Positions 35,788 through 46,335 of a stretch of DNA of 64,000 nt are shown piece by piece. Positions within the stretch are counted from its first letter, which is position 1. Each line of letters begins with the position of its first letter. The stretch is from assembly GCF_000315625.1 (NCBI RefSeq), contig NW_005434656.1, positions 355,741 to 419,740 on the forward strand. Direction: 5' to 3'. The notes below the pieces were generated by a model. The model saw nothing but the letters and a program-made list of their open reading frames with translations, had not been told where the DNA came from and made no database searches. Made by a program: the position numbers and the translations under genes. Source of the stretch: Guillardia theta CCMP2712. Lineage: Eukaryota > Protista > Cryptophyta.

Positions 35788-36399
35788 GCGGAGGCGCCGC
35801 CGGGCGTCCTGATCATATTTCGCTTTCCTGCAAGGGATCGGATCAAGTCAACTTCACCGGCCGGGGCCCGCCATGACTCTTTCAGTAGTGACTCACCCGG
35901 GCCCGGGCCCGGGCCCGGGTCGCAAATTTGGGCGAATCTGTGGCAGCACCGTGGCACTGCGGCAGGCTGGCCCAGATTTCGCGGTTCCAACAACAGATTT
36001 GTGATGGTCCTGAATATTTGAGTGCAATTTTCAACTTTAGTCGAGATATTGCTGATCCTCAAGTAAAACCTGGTCCACCTCGACAAAACCACCCACCTAT
36101 CCTCTGTTGAATCAGCCGGGGGTAGGGATGGGGGTATGGGTAGTACCCTACCCCATGTTGCATTTCCCAAGAATCGAGAACAAGTTGCAACCTCAGGTAC
36201 CCCCATTGTATTGTCATAACCCACCTCTTTTTTATTGTACCCCTTGTCTGAACATCTATTCACCCATACCCCTGTGGTATCAGATACCCCCATTATTTGT
36301 GTTACCCTTATTTATTGTACCCCTACCCTCCCAAATCCACCCCATCTTGTTTCTTCTTTCGATACCCCGGTACTCACCACGTTCTTCACTTTGGTCGCA

Positions 36400-38039
36400 A
36401 TGCGCAGTGCGGTCGGGGCGATGTTTGGATGCCTTATGCTGTTAGTGATGATGATCAACGAGACATCATCATCGTCATCGGCCCATGCTAAGATGTTACA
36501 TATGGAAGCAGATGTCAACCTCATCAATAGCGTGATACATCCCCGGCCTTGCTCAACTCAGACACGTCCCCGAGATGTTCCTCTCTTTGTAGCTCTGCTT
36601 CCTCCTCGCAAGTCGTTTGTTCGAGACGCAGAAACTCGCAATGAGGTCTGCGCGATCAAAAATTCATTCCAATCTCTCTCAAACAAACACGTAAACATGC
36701 CACTTCCTCCACGATCGCGACGTGGGGGCGGAATCTCTGCAAATAGTAATCAGGAAGGCATTGCCTACGATTGGTTCCTGAAACAAGCACTTCTATCTCA
36801 AGTCTACGATCTCGTGAAAGAAACTCCGATTCAATACCTGCCAGTGATGTCAAACGAGTTGAACAATCAGATTTTTGCGAAACGGGAGGAGATGCAGACT
36901 GGATTCTCTTTCTGTACCCGAGGTGCCCATCATCTCCTCCTGAATCTGACCCTGAAGACAAGGGTGAGTGAACATGAAAGCATCGCTCGTCAATGTTCTG
37001 ATTTGTCACTTTGATGTTGAAGCCAACTGGTATTGTGGTTGCGAGCGCAGGCAACTACGGGAATGGAGTTGGACTTAGTGCAAAGTATCTAGGGATTGAC
37101 TGCGTGAATGTGGTTCCAGAGAATTCAAATGGTATCCACATTATAGATCAGACGACATGAGTGTAGCTCTGATGCGTGTTGACAGCTGTGAAGATACGAA
37201 ATCTCAAGAGGAACAGCGACGTTATTGCTTTCGGCAGCAACGTAGATGATTCGATCAACTTCGCTAAGCAGGCAACTCGAACGTGGGGCTTGCAGTGTGG
37301 AAATAACTGATGATGGTGATGTTCAGCTTGCAAAGATGAACGGATATACGTTTGTGTCCCTTGACGATCCATTGATGATCGCAGGCCATGCTACAATAGC
37401 AGTAGAGGTATTCCTGCATTCTACTTCAAATTTGAATGACACAATGTTGCAGATTCTCCGCCAATCCAAACAAAACTTTGATTACATCTTCGTCCCAATA
37501 GGTGATCTTGATCGACAGAATTCTTGTTGGCAACAACAAACAAGAATTTGACGTCTGGAACCTTGCTTTGCCAGGGACTGGAAACTTAGCAAGAGCAATT
37601 GGAACATACTTGAAACGGTTGAAGCCCATGACCAAAATCATTGGGGTGGCAATGCAGAACTCAGATCTTCAATCTGTATTTGCTTGTGATCATACCTCTC
37701 TATTGAACATGTTGGATGATGTTGTTTATGTGGTAAGAGCTTACCCCATTCAAGCTCTACTGCTTAACTCTCCATTCGCGTGCATGCAGGACTCTACGGA
37801 GGTTAAAAATTCAATCCTTGATTACTATGAGGACACCAGGACTGTCCTTGAACCATATGGCGCATTATCTGTGAGCTCGCATGCAACTTCGATCGTAAAT
37901 GCAGAAACTGAGATTCCGACAGATTGCAGCGGCAAGGAAATGGCTTTGGAGGGAGCAAGTAGTGAACAGCCGCGTGCTACTGCTGACAACGGGCTCGAAC
38001 GTTGACTTGCAAGACGCCTCGACTTCGCAACTCGAGTAA
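36400..38039 (+). CDS. Threonine dehydratase (IlvA)-like fold-type II PLP-family protein, lacking catalytic Lys and ACT domains
   Basis: SQVYDLVKETPIQ, IFAKREEMQTGFSFCTRGA, VVASAGNYG, DDPLMIAGHATIAVEILRQ, YIFVPIG, KIIGV, YEDTRTVLEPYGALS and LTTGSNVD. N-terminal signal peptide. Confidence 0.85.
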
Positions 38040-38089
38040 TATTCTCAGCCTCTGAGACCTGTTGTCGAGTCGTTGATTTGATTGTTTGT

Positions 38090-38862
38090 CGCTCAGTAAC
38101 CCCGGGCGATGGGATGAAGAGAAGGTGGACGAAGTAGCGTCAGGTGCAATCTCCCATGGGATCATGCCTTCAAGTTTCGTCCGATTCGTTCCCAAGCAAA
38201 GGTGCGGTTGAGCTGCCTGCCATGGCGTGTGGAGTGGTTCTGATGCCCCTCTCGTCCACAGCAAATCTTGCAAGTATGGGTTACGGATCGTGCAGCCGCA
38301 GATCATTCATTCCACCCCCAGCAAGGTGAACCAAGCTCTCCTGGTCTTGTACTGCGACTGAACACGCTCTCTCAAGTTTACTGTCGGACTAGGAGTCAGT
38401 CAAATTTCTCGATGGGACGCTGCTGATCATTTCGCAAACCTCGTGTATGAGGGGAGATCCTAACGCGACCGCCAGACCTGTCGTCAGTATCTGTTCCCAG
38501 AAGTCGTGATCTTTGCTCGGAGAGCACCCGCCGTTCTGACTTCGATCACCGTCCTTCACTTACCTCCCCGCATCTCAACTGCCATGGATTATGCCATGAC
38601 CTATTCAAGACTTGTTGTCAACCCGAGATGCCAAAACTCACTGCCGAAATGCTGCCGCCTTGCATATCAATGAAGATTTGCAGGCGGAAAACGAATGACG
38701 TTAAGTCAGAAGTGTTCGTAAGTGGTCCAAATGGTTCAAAAAATGAAAGTTAAGGCCGTCTCTTCGAAACCATGACATTGTCATCTGATCATAACATTGT
38801 CGGCATCCTCGCTCGCCCGTGTTCACTCCTACCGCCTCCTGCCGTAGCCCTTGCGCAGCCAT
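38090..38862 (-). CDS. Hypothetical multi-exon protein
   Basis: ATG (MAAQGLRQEAV), a GTAAGT donor near 38560 and exon-like segments (DHDFWEQILTTGLAVALG). Boundaries are uncertain. Confidence 0.3.
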
Positions 38863-39591
38863 TCTCTACTCCCGACGTTTCTTGTCTTTCACTGCGGGGA
38901 CTGGGGATTCAGTGAGAGGGTGTATGGGATGGGAACAAGTAGGGTAGGGGTCATAACGGAGTTCGGAAAGAAATTTCGGGGGGTGGGTCATGAAGAAGTG
39001 ACTAAGGGTCCCGGGTCCAAGGTATGAAAAGTAGGTGGGGTACTTTTGACTTCTTGAGACTTCCCTTACATTGGGTGCAAACATGGCCTTAATGGAGGGG
39101 TACGGAAAGATCTCAGTCATCTTTCCAGGGGGGGTGGGGTATAATTTTTTTTCAAGTGGTGGGGTGGTGTCAGGGGGTAAGAGGGTAGAAGGGGTTCAGG
39201 TCGCTGGGCTCACTGACTCGGATAGCGGAAGTTGTATGCGCACTACGTTGGCAGGCGTGAAGTGGCAGGAGGAAGGGGGAGATGAAGAGGCCAGCGAGCA
39301 CTTGAAGGAGCACAGGAGAGGAGAGGAAGGATACAAGAGGAGAGGAGAGGAGAGGAGAGGAGAGGAGGGATGGGATACAAGAGGAGGGGAGGGGAGGGGA
39401 GGGGAAGGGATACCCGAAGAGAGGAGGGAAGGAGAGGAGCAGTTGTTCAAGAGTCAGGACATGGTAACAAAACGGAAAAAAGGCCCACTTACTATCATCG
39501 ATATGGTTGACAACATAAGGATAAGAGTTCTAGATAAGAGGGCAGACTTACCGTATCGTCTCACACTTGTGTTGAAGGTTTCGCGATAGGC

Positions 39592-40951
39592 ATGCAGATT
39601 TCGTCGGAATGGCCCTTCTTTGCTTTGGGGTCCTGGCAGAACTGTATGAGCGGCTGCCAGGGGGAAAGCAGGAGAGACCGTGACTTGTTTGCTGAGGGAC
39701 GAGGTCGTGTTCTATCTAAGACGTGCCCTGCTGACCGTTGCTCTCTTACCGAGCAGGAATGGGGAGCATCGAGATTCGCAGCAGAGGGATCAAGAAGAGC
39801 TGGGTGGAGGCACACGGAGCTACCGACCACCGGGGTGTGAACGGGAAGACTTCAAATAAGTTTGCAGGCCTCCAACAGAGCGTTCAAAGCAATGTGAGGC
39901 TAATGTGGCAGTCTCAACAGTGTCTCGCGCTGATTAAAAAGCATCACGCGAGCGGGTTCAGCATCGAAGATGTCAACCGCGTGTTTGAACGAGAGTTGGG
40001 AAAGCTCCCTCGAGGGGGAGCTCAGCTGAGGTAGTTCATGGCTGGTCTCGTCTCCGTGAATGTCAATCTGACATGATGTGGGCCAGCGCATTGTTCGGAG
40101 AGAGTACAACCGCAAGAGAGATCTTCAAATTGCAGCAACACCTGCAGAACGCAGAGCAGCTGGAGAACGAAAGTTTGATTGTCTACAAGCTTGACGTGTC
40201 GAACAAATCTGAAGAAGCGGTTGAAGCGAGAGTCAGCCTGTACCCCTTGCCCGACAAGCTGGGAGGCATGACGTACTTCCTGCTCAAGTTTGAGCAGCTC
40301 CGGAAGCCGTTGAGCAGCTATCTCATCCATTGCAAGCGCGTGAATGAATGGTCTCACTTCGACTCTCGGCTGACCAACGAAACCTACGTGAGGCAAGAGA
40401 AGGATGGCATGCTCGTGCAGCTGGCTACCCGCATGATCGACTCTCACCACAGGAACGAGTTCCGTCATACCCAAATGACCAACCAGGTGCTGCTCTTGCC
40501 GTGCAGTGGTGGCGCCTGCTGTTTGCCCTCTGACCAGGAGCTTCCTACCAGTGCGACCCTTACATGAGCATGGAGGGACAGACGGTGGTGCAGGTCAAGA
40601 GGCGCAAGGATGAGATCACCGTCACGAACCTCCGCAAGCCGATGGACTCAGACAAGGGGCAGGAGCACGGGTTGGAAGATGGGGTGACTTTGATTCCTCC
40701 CCTCCCTTGTCTCTGACCCGTGAGTGTGGTCTGGGCAGGTCCTCAAAAACACCAAGCTGATGACCTATGGGATTTTGTATCAGCAATCAGATGCGACTAG
40801 CACCAAGGATAGATCTTCGATCGGAAAGGAGGGGGAGGTCTGGATTCAGTCTAACGCGTCCTTTTTCAAGCCTGTCAAGGAAAAGGGATCCTATGAAATC
40901 CAGACGATAGCTGGGGGGAGGAGCCTTCCATTGAAGGTCAACCTCAGGTGA
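39592..40951 (+). CDS. PAS-like domain protein
   Basis: FSIEDVNRVFERELGK...LSALFGEST...IFKLQQHL...LIVYKLD...RVSLYPL..KLGGMTYFLL follows the PAS/PAC pattern. The rest is unrecognised. Confidence 0.55.
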
Positions 40952-41326
40952 GCCGTTAAGCCCGGGGACCGGCCCGGCTACTGTTTCCTTGCAATCAGTG
41001 CGGCCAGACACGGGCCCGGCCAAGTAGGCTATCCACTTACTTACTGCTGCTCTAGATCCACAGTGGACTCGCTCCCGACTCACTTTGAGTGACCTGGGCC
41101 CGCCCGGTTCCCGGAACTTGAACTTCTGAACTTCGGAAGTTTTCCGAAGTCTCAAAATCCTCGGGACTTGAGAGGCTGGCCGCAAAGTTGCCGGGCCTGG
41201 GCCGGCCAGCCCTGGTACTCCGGCCTGACTCAGTGACCTCCACTCAGTAAACTCCGGGAACCGTAAAACGGTTGAACCGTGCGTTCACCGCCGAGTCACC
41301 CTGAGCACTAGTATGTGACTGGAAAT

Positions 41327-41351
41327 GATTTTAACTTAACTTTGAGCAAAG
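41327..41351 (-). promoter_or_regulatory. Conserved intergenic motif CTTTGCTCAAAGTTAAGTTAAAATC
   Basis: Reverse-strand copy of the same motif at the edge of a GC-rich patch upstream of the PDZ-DnaJ gene. Confidence 0.5.
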
Positions 41352-41721
41352 AAAATGAAGTGCAGTAGGACAGAATGTGGTACAGGTACACAATATAAAA
41401 CGAAAATGGTGATGAAAAGAGATACCAAAATTATATATGACTGAAAGTTAGTATGACAATAAATTACATCAAAATAGTTTTATAAGTAGGAGGTTGGCTC
41501 TTCCAGGAATAGCCGATAGCATGCTATATAGATCATATATCAGTTATAACAGCCTCACAATCTACATTTTTAGCCTTCGTCTTAACTTATATAGAAAGGA
41601 TTTAGGCTATTAGCCTCAGAATCTCCTGGAACGTGGGAGCCGACATGGCACCAGCTGGCATCGGTAAGAACGAGGAGCAGGGGAGGAAGAGGGCGAGGGT
41701 GGAGGACTGGGAAGGGAATCA

Positions 41722-41935
41722 AGAGCAGAAGCAGCAGAAGCAGCAGGAGCAGCAGGAGCAGCAGGAGCAGCAGGAGCAGCAGGAGCAGCAGAAGGAGTAG
41801 GTGCAGCAGCAGCAGAAGGAGCAGCAGCAGCAGAAGGAGCAGCAGCAGCAGCAGAGGGAGAGGAGGATCGGTGGGAGGTTGGAGCAGGAGAAGGAGAAGG
41901 AGCAGGAGCAGGAGCGAGAGCAGGAGCAGGAGCAG
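41722..41935. repeat. (GCA/GGA)-based imperfect tandem repeat upstream of the DnaJ gene
   Basis: Repeated GCAGGAGCA / GCAGAAG units. Confidence 0.85.
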
Positions 41936-42100
41936 GATAGATGATGGGTAGACGAAAGATCGAGTGGGGTGATGAAGCATTGGACATGGGGGTGGGGATT
42001 TCATAGAATAGTGAAGGTGGGATGAACACAGAGCAGAAGGATGGTCAAGGTTGAGAATAGAAGATAGAGCTGGGGTTGCGTTCGAGAGGTGAAGAATGAG

Positions 42101-45100
42101 ATGATGGGCGACGTTGAGGAAAGAGTGGGGATGCGTGATTTATGATGGGAAGGGCAAGGTAGTCTAGGAAAGGACTCAGGCTCTTTGCCATATTGAAGTT
42201 GAGAGACCTTGAAGTTGAGAGGCCGGGTTTTCGCCACATCCGATCTTGAGTGACCTGGTCAACAGGTGTTGGCCTTGCAGCAACGCCGGAAGGTCTCAAG
42301 GTCACTGAGGTATATGAATACTCACTCCCTCCCTTCATCAGTCCCTCCCTTATTCCATTCCTCCCTAATTCCTCCTCCTCCTCCTCCTCCTCCTTTTCCT
42401 ACCTTCCTGCTATTCCTTTTCTTGTTCGTTCTCGTGATTTCAAACAAGCTTGTGCCCAACGGAGCTGCATATCGATGTGGGAAGATCCGCGTTGACGACA
42501 TTCTCGTCTCCATCGATGGGCAGTACGTGACGAGCATTCAGGAAGCCAAGGTAAGAGGAGGACTGGGAGCTTGCAGCATGCTGATCCCTTGCGCAGAATC
42601 TGATCGTGGGAGAGGAGGGAACGTTCATCGACCTCGTCATTCAGAGGCGCGCGACTGGTGAGATCAAGCTGAGGATCGCTCGAGGGACTGGAGCTCTGGA
42701 TCAAGGTGAAGCTCTGTGCATGCACTGCTGGAGGTAGGCTGGGGTCTGACATGGCCCGACAGGGAGCCAAGGTGGGCAGAAAACGCCTGCCAGTGGGGCA
42801 TACGACACCTGGTCTGTGAAGGAGCTGAAGCAAGTATGCTGCTGCTGCTGCTGCTCCCATGGAGTCTTTCAGACTTGACCCTGCTCACTTCACGTGCTCA
42901 GGCTCTGAGCGAGGCCGGCATCAACCATACCTGGGTCTCCGAGAAGGCTGATCTGGTTAACCTCGCCAAGGAGAACAAGGTCGAGCCGCACAAGCATGCT
43001 GCTGTTGCCCGCCTCCTGACCCTCCTTCCTATTCTCCCTGGCAGGTCCCCCCTCCTGGCTCCCAAAGGTCCTCTGGTGGCTATGGAAATCGAGCTGGATC
43101 GGGCTTCGGAGGAGGAGGCAGTGGCAATTTCAGCGGGGTCAAAGTAACGCTTGCATCAGGAGACGACGACTACTACGGTGACCATGCTTGACCCTCCTCT
43201 CCTGCTCCTCCTTCCCTCCTTCCTCTTCCCAGGATTCAGTTGTACTCATCTCCTCCTAAAATCTTCTGTCCATGCCCCTCCTTGAACCCTCTCGACTGCT
43301 CAACCTGAGCCCTGCAGAGCTCTTGGGTGTGACGAAAGATGCGTCGGACAACGACATCAAGAAGGGCTACTACAAGCAAGCAAGGAAGTGGCATCCAGAC
43401 AAGGTTGCCCTCCCTCCTTCTCTCCCTCCTTCTCTCCCTCCCTGCTTCCCCCCCTCCCTTCCACTTTTGTTTCCACCTTCGCTATCTCCCCTCTTCCCCC
43501 CAGGACCGACGAAGTAACGCATGGTGGGCGAGCAGAATCCGGACAACCCTGAGGCAGAGCTCAAGTTCAAGGTGACCCTCCTGCTCTGCGTTGGGGGCTG
43601 AACCGCCTGCTGCAGGCCATCAGTGAGGCCTACGAGGTTCTGTCCGACCCCCAGAAGCGTCAGATCTACAACGAGCGGGGCAAGGATGGGGTACACATGG
43701 CGCAAGCAGCGGGCAACGTGGACATCAAGGTGCTGAGGGCTAGGAAGAGTCTGGTGTCCACGTGCTGAAGTGGAGGGCAGATGGTATTCAGGCTCATGTT
43801 CGGCGGAGGAGCCTTCGACGAAATCTTCGGCGATGTCTGCGAGCTGCCAATGCTGAAGCAGGTCCTGCTCCTTCTCCCTCCCCTCCTCCTCCTCCTCCTC
43901 CTCCACCCTCCTCCTTCACCACTTACTCCTTCTGCTCGTGCTCCTGCTTCTCCTCATGCTCATCTTTCGCCTTCCTCTCTCCTCCTCCATGCTCCTCCTT
44001 CGAATCTCCCCGGACCCCCCGTCGAGCTCGTGGAAGTAAGAGGATGTGGTGCAGATGCTTTCTTCGATGGAAAGGCACATGCAAGGCAGGCCTGATGAGG
44101 ACAGGTTCCAAGACATCGAGAAGCTGAAGCGGGAGGAGGATGTCTACTGTATGACTTACCTCCCACTCTCTCCTACACGCCCTTTCTTTCTATTGCCCCT
44201 CACCAGCATCGTACTTCACTTTCCTCCTCCTCCACGCGCACGGCTTATGGATTTCACCTCTGTACTCCTCCTCACTCCCACCATACCCTCCTCCTCTCAC
44301 GTCTCCCTCGTCCTGCTCCTCCTTGAGCTCCCGCGCCCTCTGACAGCGTCGTCAGGCAAGGGTCTCTCCGAGAAACTCATGACCAGCCTCGAGCGAATCG
44401 ACACGTTGGGAGCCAAGGGATTCGCCGAGGCCCTCGAGAAGCAGGCAACCGAGCTCTGCGAGGCACCAGGCGGCGTTGAACTTGTTTGCATGGTAAAGGA
44501 GGGAGGGAGGGAGGGAGGGAGGGAGGGAGGGAGGGAGAGAGAGAGGGAGGGAGGGAGAGGGGGGGGGAGAGAAGATCGAGGAAGGAAGGATGAAAGGAAA
44601 AAGGAGTGCCTGATTTGCTCTTGCAAGCTTGGGTACGTCTACTCGCAGGAAGGGAAGCAACACGCTGGTCGATGGTTCGGGCTGGAGGGATTCTTCGCGC
44701 AGGTTCAGGTCCGTGCGAGGGAGGGAGGGAGGGAGGGAGGGAGGGAGGGGGAGTAAAACGATGCTGTAGGAGAAAGCTCACGTCGCCTCGTCTGGAGCTT
44801 CCGTGCTGATGGACGCCGTGAGGACTGCGAACATGGCACAGGTAGGAGGAGAACGACGGCGACGACGAGGAGCTTGGTGGTTGAGAACGGAGATTGACGG
44901 GTGAGGTCGGCAGGAGATGGGAGAGCCTCGAGGAGCTCGTTCGGAGGTGAAGAGAAGCTGCAGGGGCTGTGAGGGCTGACGGGGGGAACAGGCGCAGCAG
45001 CGTGAGATGGAGGCGAAGATGATGAGGTGAGAGGCCCTGCTGAAAGAGGAGACGAGGAAGGGGGGGGGGGGGGAGGAGAGCAGTTCTGAGACTGATTGTG

Positions 45101-45924
45101 TAGATCCGGGTTGAACGTCGTGTGGAAAATGGGAAAACTTCTCTTGGAGGAGCGCGTGCGACGTGTTTGCGAGATCATGTTCAGGTAGTCTCCCTCCTCC
45201 TCCTCCTCCTCCTCCTCCTCCTCCTCCTCCTCCTCCTCCTCCTCCTCCTCCTCCTCCTCCACCTCTTCCCTCCCCCCCCCCGCCCCCCCTTTTCTCCTTC
45301 TCCTCTCGCTCTCCTCGCCTTCTCCTTGTCACTCTTGTTGTCGCCTTTCTCTTCCTCCTCACTCCTTTCTCACTCTATTTCTCTCTTTGGTTTCTCTTCC
45401 TCTCTCCTCGTCCACCTCTGCGTCTCCTTCCTTTCCCTTCCCTTCCTCGCTGCTCCCCCGCCCAACTTTCCTCTTCCTCCCCCGCTTGCTTTTTACTTTC
45501 TTTCCTCAGCCGTGACTCTCGGAAAGTGGAGAAGCTGTCCAATGCGATGATTGAGGTGAGAGAGGAGGAGACGGAGAGAATGTGGGAGATGTAGGAGGAC
45601 GAAGACGAGAAAGGGTACATGTACGAAACCGAGGAGGACGAGGCAGGACAGAGAGGGGGGGAGACAGTCAGCCAACAAAACACAGAGAGGCGAGGGAGGG
45701 AGGGAGGGTTGAGGAGGAGGAGGAGGAGGAGGAGGAAGGGAGCAGGAGGAGCAGGAGGAGGAAGGGAGCAGGAGGAGCAGGAGGAGGTGATATGGGATGC
45801 TGACGAGAGGTAGATGGGCGAGCTGTTCGAGCGTATTGGGGAGGTGGAGACGAGGAAGGCTCGAGCCAAGGCGATTCAGAACGGAGGGACAGGACACGAA
45901 GGGCCGCAGTTCCCCGGCCTCTAG
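42101..45924 (+). CDS. PDZ + J-domain + DnaJ-X protein
   Basis: PDZ: [40 protein letters not shown]-domain: DYYELLGV...[40 protein letters not shown]. DnaJ-X-like: [37 protein letters not shown]. The start is approximate. Confidence 0.85.
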
Positions 45925-46335
45925 AGGGAGACCTGTAACGCCCTGGAGGCTGTGCGAGGATGGAGATGTGGAGAAGGCACGGAGGAGAGGAGGAGGAGGA
46001 GGAGGAGGAGGTGACGTCTTGCGAGGTTGAAGCTGCTCAACTTTCTCTGTAATTTAAAAGTTGAAATGAATTCAACTATCAATAGGACATCTCCTGCCTC
46101 CTCCTCCCCCTCCCCCTCCCCCTCCCCTCATCCTCAATCAGCTTCTCTTCCCAGTTTTTGTCCTCTTTTCCTGCTGCCCACGTTCGATCTGCTGATCTAT
46201 TTCCCCTCTCCTCTCCTCTCTCTCTATCTCCCTTCCTCCTTCTCTCCTCTCTCCCCACCTCTTTCTCCTTCCCCCTTCTCTCTCCCTCCCTCTCCCTCTG
46301 ACATTTCTTTTTTTCTTCCTCTTGTTCTCGTCTTG

